In this document: positions 37,990 to 49,901 of the stretch, piece after piece | Numbering within the stretch: position 1 is the first letter of the stretch | Layout: every line of letters begins with the position of its first letter | Assembly (NCBI RefSeq): GCF_001194135.2 | Contig: NC_068988.1 | Span: 19,996,757-20,046,690 of the forward strand | Direction of reading: 5' to 3' | Source: Octopus bimaculoides | Taxonomy: Eukaryota | Length of the DNA: 49,934 bases | Translations under genes and position numbers: made by a program | The notes under the pieces: model-generated | Told to the model about the DNA's origin: nothing | The model's database searches: none | What the model saw: the letters and a program-made list of their open reading frames with translations, nothing else

Positions 37990-38366
37990 TTATTAGCTCC
38001 GCCTTAGCGAAGGAGCAGGTATTGTTTTCCGTTGCGTTTGTTTGATTGTTTGTTTTACCGTGGACAAGATAGCTCAAGAACCGCTGGATGGATTCGGATG
38101 AAACTTTCAGGGAAGTTTGGCTTCATGACCGTCACGAACTGATAAGATTTTAGGATCGATCTGGTACCGGACAAGGATTCTGGATTATTTTATCAGTTTT
38201 TTAAAACTTATTCTTTGAGAGCGATGGGGTTCATTTTTAGGATTCTCGTTTGTGAGAGCAGTCGAGTTTATTTTAGATATTCTCATTTTAAAAATCTTCT
38301 CTGGCTAATCGTTGAGAGGACTTGTTGCCTTGGCGGAGGTTTGCGCTTTTTGAGGGCTCTTGTTGT
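37990..38366 (+). mobile_element. Helentron-associated (HINE/DINE-1-like) non-autonomous element
   Basis: 5' ttattagCTCCGCC, a (GTTT)n-like tract, ggatggattcggatgaaacttt, central gatcgatctggtaccgg, and 3' ccttGGCGGAGgtttgcgct...ttgtt; short subterminal inverted repeats. Family assignment from recalled architecture. Confidence 0.55.
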
Positions 38367-39167
38367 TATTAAACCTATTGTTTTGTGCATGTTATCAATA
38401 GTTTTTGTTATACTAAAATAGTTTTTAAAGATGTGTTTCCTCAAATTTGCTGATTATTCTTTAATGTATATTTAATGTGTATCTCTGACTTTAATTCGTA
38501 TTTATAAGTTTCCACAGCGCTCTAAAGCTTGGGTTTTTACAGAATTAATTTACTCTAAGGCTATGGCCATTTCCTCCATTATTTAAATCCGATTCTTTCT
38601 CTGTATTAACCATTCTAGTGTTTGCATCCAGGTTTCGACATTGCTTATATTCAATTACGTCATCATATCGTACGTGGTTTTACAAGGATTATTCACAACT
38701 CAGTTGCATTATGTGAATCACAAGGAAAAATGTTTATTATTTTCTTTAATGTATTCTTTCTCTCGTCTTTTCTATATTGATATCTTGTATTTCTTTTAAA
38801 ATGGTACATTGGATACTTAAAACCTATTGCTATACTAGCGTAAACATTTAGGAGAATGTTTAACGTGGATTATATGAGAGAGGCATAAGTTATGACCTTT
38901 TGTTTCCTTTTGTGAATTGTTTACAACAGTTTTCACTGTTCTTAAGTCTCAGTGGTGGATGTCTAAGCATTTCTCTAGCATTTGTTGGAGTTACTTAGCC
39001 CGTTGTAGGTTCTAAATGAATTACAGATACATCATGAATAATAAATCACTTCAATGTAATTCTAAATCATTATTGAATGTAATAAAATTTTAGTAGGGAG
39101 AGAGATGAAATGTCTTGCCACTGATATAACATGTTTCCACTGGTAGTAATAACATTTATAATAGACA

Positions 39168-39333
39168 TTTCCTCCGTCTGTACGTTCTGATTTCAAATTG
39201 TGGCGAGGTCGACTTTGTTTCATCCTCTCAAGGTTGATAAAATAAGTACCTGTTGAGTAACCGAGGTCGATGTGATCAACTTAACCTCTTCCCAGAAATT
39301 ACTGGCCTCGTGTCAAAATTTGAAACTAATATT
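39168..39333 (+). mobile_element. SINE family C, 5'-truncated
   Basis: gttctgatttcaaattgtggcgaggtcgactttg...gtgtcaaaatttgaaacta. Confidence 0.85.
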
Positions 39334-40276
39334 AATATTATTATTACTAAGCTAGGGTTAACAGTACAAATATCACTATGCATACCATAGTTGTTGCGAT
39401 TATTAACATCTCTACCATTATTCTGCAAACTGACAGTTTCACTAAATAACACTCAATTTTAAAATTACTTTTAAAATTAGTAACACTCAGTTTTAAAATT
39501 TTCAGATCTATTTTCGTCGACCAGTGTTTTCTGTAAATCCTTATTATCTTCCTCCTCATTATCTGTGTTGCTGAATACTTGCTATTGTTCCCTGATAAGC
39601 ACTTTCTAGCTGAATGCAAGTTATATTTGGTTAGGCAATAATAGAACATGGACAGTTTCAAATGATCGTAGAATGGGTGTTGAGGTCAGGGTGATAAAAG
39701 GTGAACCAAGATGCTGACATAAGAAAAGGAGGACCATACCGAACACGATTAAAAAATGGATTGGATATATTTGGCTTACAATTAAGATCAAGTCTCCAAA
39801 ATTCCAGGTTATGCAAAGAAAACGATAATGCATGTAGCAACCATCTTAAGAACACTAGATAAATTAATTTCTGTTTAAGTACCCATATAATTGATAGTAT
39901 AATGTAAGTGTACTTGTAACGGCATTCAGATTGCATCAGACAACAATTCAATTGATAAACATAGCCATTGATAAAGGAGTGGGGAGCCTGTATAGATTCC
40001 ACCGTTCAAAATAGGTGGGTAATATTTATTTCTTTATAATTATTACGTAAACAGGCATAATTAATTTCCTTTCAAAATTACAGTCTGGAAATCTCTATAA
40101 GTGTCCATTATAATTTATAATTCTAATATTTTTATTCATATTTCTGAGATACATGATTTAATATTGTTTCCGAGACTTTCATCGAAAAGAATTAGTCGTG
40201 AACTTACGCTGTGTTTTATATATTTTATCAATATAAATTTATTACATGAACAATTACAATTTCTATTTAAATGCAT

Positions 40277-40594
40277 GGGGAGGGTGCAATGGCCCCGTGG
40301 TTAGGGCAGCGGACTCGCGGTCGGAGGATAGCGGGTTCGATTCCCAGACCGGGTATTGTCTATGTTTACTGAGCGAAAACACCTAAAGATCTACGAGGCT
40401 CCGGTAGGGGTGGGGCGAACCCTGTTGTACTCTTTCGCTCCAACTTTCTCTCACTCTTTCTTCTTGTTTCTTGAGTAAAGCTGCGATGGACTGGCTTCCC
40501 GTCCATCTGGGGGGGGGGGGGCACATACGCCATAGAAACCGGGAAACCGGGACCTTGAGCCTGGTTAGGCTGTAAAAGGGCGCATAAATAAATA
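40277..40594 (+). mobile_element. SINE with a family-B head and a V-domain-like tail, 12-bp TSD
   Basis: Head and body as family B to tctctcactct, then gctgcgatggactggcttcccgtcca...gccatagaaaccgggaaaccggg. TSD atttaaatgcat at 40265-40276 and 40595-40606. Confidence 0.88.
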
Positions 40595-40882
40595 ATTTAA
40601 ATGCATACCCTGGTTTTAATCTGGCATACACAATCACACACACACACAAACACGCCTACATACATTCCTGCACGCGTATATATATGAATGAATTCACGGC
40701 ACCTCGTATTTAACGTCTTCAAAACTCCATTCACAAAGTATTGCTGATCCCGAAGTAAAACGCGGTATTACTTGCAAAATGTATGTCATTCACTAATAGC
40801 GAATTCAGTATCATATAGCAAACCGAACTTTCCAATATGGTTCTATATTTAAGAGATGAGAAATTAGGTATATTATATGACA

Positions 40883-41075
40883 AAGTTGTTAAGAGCGCGG
40901 GCTACTAACCTCAATTTTCCGAGTTCGATTCCAAGCAGTGGAATGAGAACTGAGGGTCGAAATTTCCTCAAGCCACCTGATGAAGGCTGGAAGGTACATT
41001 GGTTGAAACAATGTTGTTAACAACAAACAAGACGAGGAAAAATATGCGTCAAATCTAAATAATGTAAATAACGAA
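40883..41075 (+). mobile_element. tRNA-headed non-autonomous retroelement with a decayed hammerhead-ribozyme core (Penelope-type tail)
   Basis: A-box-like ttgttaagagcg; B box gagttcgattcc (40921-40932); CTGATGA 40977-40983, ggctg/tggtt wobble-paired stem II, GAAA 41005-41008. Confidence 0.55.
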
Positions 41076-41258
41076 CTTTCTAAACAGAAACAAAATTTTT
41101 GAACGTCCTGCATCATCATAACCACATGTAACTATAATTTGGGACAATCACAGGCACTCATTCTTAAATGGTTATTCAAATAATTCTAATTCGTCATAAA
41201 TTAATTTGACCTCTAACTTGTTTTGAATATTTCATCACAATTCCAAAGAAATATTGGT

Positions 41259-41634
41259 GGTACTCCGTCGGTTACGACGACGAGGGTTCAGTTGATCCGA
41301 TCAACGTAACAGCCTGCACGTGAAATTAACGTGCAAGTGGCTAAGCACTCCACAGACACGTGTACGCTTAACGTAGTTCTCGGGGATATTCAGCGTGACA
41401 CAGTGTATGACAAGGCTGGCCCTTTGAAATATAGGTACAATAGAAACAGAAAGAAAAAGTGAGAGAAAGATGTGGTGAAAGAGTACAGCAGGGTTCGCCA
41501 CCACTCCCTGCCGTAGCTTCGTGGGGTTTTTAGGCATTATTGTTCAAAAAACACTCACAATGCCCGGTCTGGGAAATGAAACCACGTTCCCACGACCACG
41601 CGCGCTGCCCTAACCACTGGGCCATTGCGCTTCC
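41259..41634 (-). mobile_element. SINE family B, full length
   Basis: Colinear with 35664-36040. Confidence 0.92.
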
Positions 41635-42225
41635 ACGTTAGTATATATATATANNNNNNNNNNNNNNNNNNNNNNNNNNNNNNNNNNNNNNNNNNNNNNN
41701 NNNNNNNNNNNNNNNNNNNNNNNNNNNNNNNNNNNNNNNNNNNNNNNNNNNNNNNNNNNNNNNNNNNNNNNNNNNNNNNNNNNNNNNNNNNNNNNNNNNN
41801 NNNNNNNNNNNNNNNNNNNNNNNNNNNNNNNNNNNNNNNNNNNNNNNNNNNNNNNNNNNNNNNNNNNNNNNNNNNNNNNNNNNNNNNNNNNNNNNNNNNN
41901 NNNNNNNNNNNNNNNNNNNNNNNNNNNNNNNNNNNNNNNNNNNNNNNNNNNNNNNNNNNNNNNNNNNNNNNNNNNNNNNNNNNNNNNNNNNNNNNNNNNN
42001 NNNNNNNNNNNNNNNNNNNNNNNNNNNNNNNNNNNNNNNNNNNNNNNNNNNNNNNNNNNNNNNNNNNNNNNNNNNNNNNNNNNNNNNNNNNNNNNNNNNN
42101 NNAATCAAGTTCTTTTTCTTTTAATTTGTTATCTTTTTTCATCATTAATTTACACTAATGCATTTGTTATTATCTTGGCAAAGCTCTGTATTGTATTAAA
42201 TCTTTTACAACGAAGGTGCACATAA

Positions 42226-42278
<53 letters not shown>

Positions 42279-42390
42279 TGGACAAGCTTGAATACATTCA
42301 TTCAAATACATATATATATATATATATATATATACGGTGGTGTGCTTGTGAGGGTATGATATATGACTTCGCATATAGACGTGTGAATAC

Positions 42391-42422
<32 letters not shown>

Positions 42423-42433
42423 TCACACATATA

Positions 42434-43653
42434 CGGGGGTGGGACAAAATAGTGGAAGTACCTAGTATCATAGCATCATAATTTTGAAATATCTACAAAA
42501 CCGTCAAAAGCTTGTTTATTTTTATATCTTTTGATTTATAATTAGTGTTGCTTAATATGTTTTGCTAAAATCACTATTTCTTTTCAGGTATCATCAGATA
42601 AAGGAAACAATAATTCAATAAAATTACAGATCTATCGGACTTTCAAAGAGGTCAAATTGTTGACGCTCGTATAGCAGGCGCTAACGGAACGAAAACAGCC
42701 GAAATGTTTGGTGTTTTAAGAAGTACTCTCTCGAAACTAAAGGCAGCCTTTGAGAAAAAGGGAAAAAATCTCCTCGTCGAAACAAAACTCCGAGATAGGA
42801 GCCATCGTATTCTTACGCGAATTGTTAGAAAGGATCACAAAAGTACAGCTCCCAAAATTACTGCAGAGCTCAATGACCACGTCGAGAACTCAGTTTCCAC
42901 AAAAAAAGTTTGCCGAGAGCTGCACAAAGCCAGATTTCACGGGAGAGCTGCAATAAAAAAATCATTATTTTCAAAAACAAACGCTGCAAAACGTTTAAAC
43001 TGGAGTAAAACCCCACCGAATTGGTCCCTAGAGCAGTGAAAGAATGTTTACACCGGCCATGTATACGTTTAGAGACAGCCAAAAGAAGCATTTGACCCAG
43101 ACTGCTTCCTTCCAACTGTTACACGTTGTGGAGGATCTGTAATGATTTGGGAGGCTATATCATGGAAATCCGCCGGCCCAATGGTTTCCCTTCATGGCAG
43201 AATTAATAGTCAAGACTATTTAGGTATTTCATCTGATCACATTTGTCCTGTGCTTGCGGAAATATCTCCAGAGGGAAACGTAATCTTTCAGGATGATAAT
43301 GCACCAATTCACACAGCTAGAGTTGTTACTGAATGGCACAAGGAACATTGTAATGAAGTTGAACATCTTATCTGGTCATCACAGTCCCCAGATCTCAATA
43401 TTATTGAATATGTATGACGTATTTCAGAAACACAAGTAAGGAGTCGATATCCGCCACCATCATCACTACAAGAACTAGAGACCGTTTTAGCTGAAGAATG
43501 GCCTAAAATTCCTTTGGAAACCATACAAACTTTCTAGGAGTCCATACCTTGTAGAATTCAAGCTGTAATTACTGCAAAAAGGCGGTGTTACTCCATATTA
43601 AAATAAACTTCTTTCACATTTTAAGGTGTTTCTATTATTTTGTTCAACTCCTG
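42434..43653 (+). mobile_element. Full-length decayed Tc1-like transposon, DD36E spacing
   Basis: Degenerate TIRs 42434-42463 and 43624-43653 (22/30 match); TA at 42432-42433 and 43654-43655. Transposase remnant in one frame from about 42623 to 43590: TDLSDFQRGQIV, IVRKDHKSTAPKITAELN, GGSVMIW, FQDDNAPIH...SPDLNIIE; internal stops. Confidence 0.92.
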
Positions 43654-43724
43654 TATGTAGAGAGAGAGTGAGAAAGATAAAGAGATAGATAGATAAATAG
43701 ATAGGTAGATTGGCATATATATAC

Positions 43725-43768
<44 letters not shown>

Positions 43769-44458
43769 TTAGATAGATAGATATGTGTTTATGTGTTTGT
43801 ACATGTGCTTTTGTGCATATATGCTATCTAATGTAAATCTCTAAAATGTTTCTGTAATTCTCTAATTTAGCCGAAACTTGAACAAAAAATAAAAATATAA
43901 TTGACGTTAAATCCCAATACAACACAGATTGCATAACAAAATATTCTAAACGCATAGGACAGAATTTAAATTACACTAATATACAAATGTATACAACGTC
44001 AATGAATATAAAACATATTGAGCATACTTCATAGGAAGTCAATATAATACATGATTCATGATTCACACATTCCAAATTTCACTTCTAAAGATACTACATG
44101 CAAATATTATGCAACATTAACGCTAACACATAAAAGTTAGGAAAAGCTAAACAGTATTTTCTATGTATGCATTTACTGGTTTAATCACTGGACTGTAGAC
44201 CGACACCAGACATGCTGAGGTACAGATTGATAGGCTGTCGTTGAATCTATTAAACAAATACATTGATATATTTAATTAGTACGAAACGCAAGAGGACCAT
44301 TTGCATAAAGGTTTTTTTTTCTGTATTCTTGTATTTATGTTTTAGTAGTTGCAGTGCTAGACTCGACGTACAAATGATCGTGGTGTCTCGGCAAGTGGGA
44401 ATTCAACACAGAGATTTTTAGAAGCACAGGAAACCGAGAAAACGGCATAAGCTACTGT

Positions 44459-44525
44459 TGGGAATCGAAACCACGATCCTATGACCGCGCGTCCACTGCC
44501 CTAACCACTGGGCCATTGCGCCTCC
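44459..44525 (-). mobile_element. SINE family B tRNA head only
   Basis: gggaatcgaaaccacgatcctatgaccgcgcgtccactgccctaaccactgggccattgcgcctcc. Confidence 0.85.
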
Positions 44526-45319
44526 ACGCATGTTCCTTTATATAAGAGGAAACTCAACAAACATTATCGAAGGAGAGTTACTGGCTATATTTTTCTTTTT
44601 CCTTATCCGCCTTAAAACAGGGTTTCTATCTTGAAATTTTCATATATATTTGTATAAAAGTTTTATATTACGTCATCCAGACGTAATATCAACGAGCTTA
44701 CTTTTACTTCAGCTGAAGTAGTTTGTCAACACATCTTTTTTCCGTTTATCAAAATAGTTCACGTTAAAATAAATTTCTAACAGCTGTCCTGCGAAATAAT
44801 TAATGATATTCAAATCAATATGATAATCAAGACTATACAAAGACCGAAGTGCGTAAATATCTGCAACTTCGTGTAGCGTAAAAATTTTTTTCTATATAAC
44901 CAAGCTGTATTCCTTCACACGTGAAACAAAGAGACATATTTTTAGAAATATACTTCCGCTCTAACATTTTTTTCTGTATCTTTTATCGTTTATTTTTCCT
45001 TTCTTCTCTTCTCGTGTGACCAATCTTCACTTCATTATCTTAGCGAACGAAAAACATGGACGCAATTATAAATAGACGTATGCAGTCTTAGTAAAAGACT
45101 TAGTAAACAAGTAAAAAAACTGTGACCGTTTCTAAATGAATGTGAAGCATTCCGTTATATTTAATTTAATTTTTTTTTTTTTTGTCCAACAATGTTACTT
45201 TCCGAAATACCAGACAGTTGTTTTTGCTTAAATTAATTGCTAGTTTTCGCCCTCGTGAATAATGATTAGGAATGTATATAAATGTATGTATGTATGTATG
45301 TATTTATGTACACACACAC

Positions 45320-45320
<1 letters not shown>

Positions 45321-45368
<48 letters not shown>

Positions 45369-45497
45369 CTGACAGGCAGACAGGCAGACAGGCAGACAGG
45401 CAGACAGGCAGACAGACGGACAGGGAGACAGACAGACAGGGAGACAGACAGACAGACAGGGAGACAGATAGACAGGGAGACAGATAGATAGATAGAT
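45321..45497. repeat. Compound microsatellite (GATA)n / (CAGACAGG)n / (GGGAGACAGACAGACA)-type / (GATA)n
   Basis: Direct inspection. Confidence 0.9.
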
Positions 45498-46560
45498 GCA
45501 TTCATACATACATCCATACATAAACATACATACATGCATACATGCACACACACACACATACATACATACACATACATACACACGCATACACACACACATA
45601 CACACACACACACACACTCATATGAGTTTATGTATTTCACGCCTAAAATTAATATCTGTCTCTCCTGAACTCCATAATCTCCATGAGCCAGTATTTCTGA
45701 TCTAAGAAATTAACGTCTCAAACACATTTTATGTTTACAAGACTTCACTGTGATTCTGAATACAATTTCAAGACATAAAGTTGAATATTCAGACCGAACT
45801 TGATTATTGGGCGTGTAAATTTCCATTGCTGTTATGGAATTTACTTTACTATAATAGTGTTAATCCTTGTCTGATAACGGACTAAAATGTACTTTGGTAT
45901 TGTTTGCTGTAGCGACAGTCGGATTAACTAAGTGACACTGCGAATGCTTTGTCCTTCAGCTTAATACCGTCTGTTTGACGATGAAGATTAGCTTGTTGAG
46001 GCAGAAGCAAACCAACAATATAAACTACTTAAAGTCTTCACCCAGACATATTGAGACTGCGTTACCACAGTTATAAGTGTCTATGCAACTAACATTTACA
46101 TTCAACTAGTCAATCGATAGCTAATGAATCAGTGTATCAGTGTGTTTATTTGAAGGCCAAATCATCTGTTTTTCTAAAAGATTATGTGATATTGTTTACA
46201 TGTTCAGAAACTTTTTGTGTTTTGTCAGAACAAAATAAACAGACCGTACTTTTTTTTTAGCTTTTATTCTCATGTATATTGTAGCTAGAAATTCTCGTCG
46301 TCGTCGTAGTTATTCTTTTTTTCCATTCTTCTACTTGGGGAAATGGGGATTCTTCCGCAGAATCGCTTGAGTAACGGGGAAAATAACTAGCAGTAAATGC
46401 TCTACAGCTTTATATTTAGCGCTCATCTTTAAATTGCATTCCTTCGTGGTCATTGAATACTTTGTGGTCATAGTATATCAGTCAAACACTGGGAGGGGAG
46501 TACTATTAAATAAGCTCCTCTCTCTAAATTTTAGTTCTTTCATCAATATCAATAATCATT

Positions 46561-46925
46561 AAAGACGGCATTCTGGCTGAATCGCTAGAGCATCAGAAAT
46601 GTTATTTGCGGCTTTTCTTCCGGCTTTTTTGCGTTATGACGAGAGATTCCACGCAGGTCAACTTTACCTTTCATACCAATTAAATTTTGGAACTTAATGG
46701 CCTTGTCTGACGCCCTTCCTAGGCTTGTGCTTATGCTGCTACTATTATTATGATTGATTAATTAATTATAAGAAACTGTTTAAGATGCCGAGATGGCAAT
46801 AAGGCGGCGTGCTCGCAGGAGTGTTACCACACCGGGAAAATGCTTCGCACCATTTCTTGTCTTCACGTTCAGTAGAGAGTTTGATGTAATCGAAATAGCT
46901 GGCTTTGTTCCAGAATTTGTAATCA
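46561..46925 (+). mobile_element. Two diverged or deleted SINE family C copies (about 46561-46730 and 46801-46925)
   Basis: aaagacggcattctggctgaatcgctag and aaggcggcgtgctcgcagg heads; gatgtaatcga. Confidence 0.6.
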
Positions 46926-46945
46926 TTATTGTAGTTCTTGTTACC

Positions 46946-47021
46946 ATCATCATCAACATCATCATCATCATCACCATCATCATCGTCATCGTCATCGTCA
47001 TCATCATTATTATTATTATTA

Positions 47022-47052
<31 letters not shown>
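46946..47052. repeat. (CAT)n to (TAT)n compound microsatellite
   Basis: Direct inspection. Confidence 0.9.
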
Positions 47053-47054
<2 letters not shown>

Positions 47055-47060
47055 ATATCA

Positions 47061-47574
47061 TCTATAATAATAAGAGCGAAATTCCGTCTGTCCGTCTGGG
47101 ACCTTTGTATCTCAGTTTACTCTACCTAGACGTATTATTCCTTTTTGGAATCAGGATAATCCTGGGATTGAAAATCTGCCCTTCATTTGGTTCTTTAACA
47201 TCCAGCATTGGTATCTGATTTAAAAGCATTTCGGTTGCTATTTCTAGCAGCTAAAGTTTGGCTGATTCACGATATTTTGGTTGGCGTTTGTCAGATGAAG
47301 TAAGAGATGAAGGAGATAAATGACATTCGCTTGTCGAGATAAGAACTTTAGGATAAATTGACCAAGTGTTGGAAATCATATAGGGAGTAGAACAATAGAA
47401 TGGTTGCATTAAAGAATTAATTTTCATCCGTCCTTAACTTGTGAAAAACCTCCACTGGGGCATATAGTCGTTATAGACATTCTATTTAGTTCTCTGTAGT
47501 TTGAGGCCGCAAGCCCGATTAGCCAGTCGCAGGAACCACGCGAAAAGCCCGCACGGAGTGCGACTTTTACTCTA

Positions 47575-47575
<1 letters not shown>
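47061..47575 (+). mobile_element. Complete non-autonomous Helitron (515 bp)
   Basis: A|TCtataataataagagcgaaattccgtctgtccgtc ... cgcac-gga-gtgcg hairpin, acttttactCTAG|T; inserted at an AT dinucleotide with no TSD. Confidence 0.75.
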
Positions 47576-47606
<31 letters not shown>

Positions 47607-47615
47607 CATCATCAT

Positions 47616-47870
47616 TGCGTGAGAAAGCAGTGCATGCCATCAAAGAAACACTGGGGTACAAATATATGAAGGCCACTATACTCCTCATGACTACACGTCT
47701 GATAAATTTACACCAGGCACATGTATCGCAATCATATGTGAGTGACATGGTGATCTCATATCAAGATAAACTGCACATGACGTTGCATGTGGGGCCCCAG
47801 TTAGAATTTTCTTCAGCTCCGGAATAAGGTTTGTTTAAGCATGATGAACGAAACTCCTATGCATTCGGAA
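47616..47870 (+). repeat. Unclassified interspersed repeat (possible LINE 3' UTR)
   Basis: Single copy in the window; recognised only from memory of abundant octopus repeats. Confidence 0.3.
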
Positions 47871-48325
47871 ATCTGCCCGCTTTTGAATGTTATTTTCTTG
47901 GTTTCATCTATTGTTCTTTGTTTTTCTTAATTTATTTTTTTAGAAGCCCCGGTGTGACCTATATCATATTTTATCATATCGTACCGTCCTGTCTCGTTAG
48001 CGTTCCTTTAACTATCAATAAATATATCATCGTTATCATCATCGTCGTCGTCGTTACAATCATCATCATCATTATTTATTTATTTTCTCATCCTATGAAG
48101 TTTTTTGGTGATGTAAAATAATGAACCTTAGCGAAAGTAGCCAAAATATTGACATAACTTGTTAATGTATGTTTCAGCACTAGATAAACATGGAGTTAAA
48201 TACAGAATTACAGATGTACACATGCACATGCACGTTAATGCCTTCCTCGCAGCGCACCAATGGAAAATATAGAAAGAGAGGGATCTAAGACAAGAAGCCA
48301 ACGCTTCGCAGATACCTACAGAAAT

Positions 48326-48722
48326 GGGAGGCACAATGGCCCAGTTGTTAGGGCAGCGGACTCGTGGTCATAGGACCGCGGTTTCGATTCTGAGACCGGG
48401 CGTTGTGAGGGTTTATTGAGCGAAAACACCTAAAGCTCCACGAGGCACCGGCAGGAGATGGTGGCGAACTCTGCTGTACTCTTCCACCACAACTTTCTCT
48501 CACTCTTACTTCCTGTTTCTGTTGTGCCTGTAATTCAAAGGGCCAGCCTTGTCACACTGTGTCACGCTGAATATCCTCGAGAACTACGTTAAGGGTACAC
48601 GTCTCTGTGGAGAGCTCAGCCACGTGGACGTTAATTTCACGAGCAGGCCGTTCCGTTGATCGGATCAACTGGAACACTCGACATCGTAAGCGACGGAGTG
48701 CCAACAACACAAGAAGACAATA
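48326..48722 (+). mobile_element. SINE family B, full length, with a perfect 22-bp TSD
   Basis: TSD cttcgcagatacctacagaaat at 48304-48325 and 48723-48744; short (AAC/AAG)-type tail 48703-48722. Confidence 0.95.
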
Positions 48723-49901
48723 CTTCGCAGATACCTACAGAAATTCCGAAAGGACAAGGAATAAGAAGTCTGATAAATTAGGTATGGTGTATCGAGAGCA
48801 TAACACTGCATCAAGGATTGTGAAACGGGTTAGAAATTAATAAATTAATAAATTAAGACAAAGATTTACAGTAACAAAGAGAAATGCAAATTGCAATATG
48901 ATGAAAGCGAGAAAGAAAATTTTGTAACTGTCAGATAATCGGATGACAGGAATGAGATTTTCTCTCCCTCTTTCACGCTCTCTCTCTCTCTCTCTCTCTC
49001 TCCCTCTCTTTCTCTCGCTATCGCTCTCCTTGTGTCTGTGCTTGTGTTTGTTTGTTTGTTTGTTTGTGTGTGTGTGGAGGGGTGTGTGTGTGTATGTATT
49101 TGTAACAGAAAAGACACTGAGATCAGTAAGAGATCATAAAATGCTAAAAATTGAAATTAAATTCTCAAATCATTTACAGCAACTTCGAAAGAATTTATTA
49201 TCCCGGCTTCTAATTTTCTTCCCTAAAAACGAAAGAAATGTCTGTTTCGTTAATCAAAGATTGAATTTATAGAAGGTTGTTATTTAAACATTAGAAGTAT
49301 CTTCTGCGAAATCAATTTTTTAACATCTTAGATTAAAACCTGAACATGGGAGGGAAAGATATAACGGGGAGAGAAGAAAGGAATCTGGATGTCAAAGAAA
49401 TGCTTATGAAAGCAAGTATTTTCTTGGAATTTACAAACTATGTATATAGAATTACCAATTTCTCATAAGTGCATAAGAAAAAATATAAACTAATCAAACC
49501 TAAAACTCGTTATGTGAAGAAGGTTTAGGGAGGCGTTTCGATACACTGGAATCAGATTAAAATATTTGAACATTTTTTCCGTATACATACATACACACAT
49601 ATACATGCATATATATATTTATCTTTACACTATAATGACATTCTCTTAATATTCACCACGGAAGCAGAAAAGTACGATAAGAAATATATTAGTAAATACG
49701 CCATCAAGAATGTAAACTAGAAGAGCTGAGATTAGCGACGAATTGACACTTCAGCCTCTGATGAACAACTGAATTGACAGTTATGTATATACGCAGTATT
49801 GTTTCTTTCTTTTGTATATTAAGAATCATACACAGGCACCCGCGCAAGCACACACATGAGTATGTTTTTGTAAACAATGCAGTCTATACGTGTATCTATG
49901 G

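Noticed and set aside
39680-39830. KKWIGYI resembling an RTE/L2 C-terminal WIGH motif
   Set aside because: Too short and degenerate to support.
42575-42600. CTGATGA...GAAA on the minus strand and a ttttcag acceptor on the plus strand
   Set aside because: No stem II can form (5-nt gap); the site lies inside the Tc1 5' region.
2197-45705. Long ORFs in the track rich in X, YI/IY, CV/VC, HT/TH, poly-I, poly-L or poly-N
   Set aside because: They are translations of N-gaps and microsatellites, not genes.
25714-48400. tRNA-like sequences at SINE heads
   Set aside because: They have A and B boxes but continue into SINE bodies and lack a complete acceptor stem; not tRNA genes.
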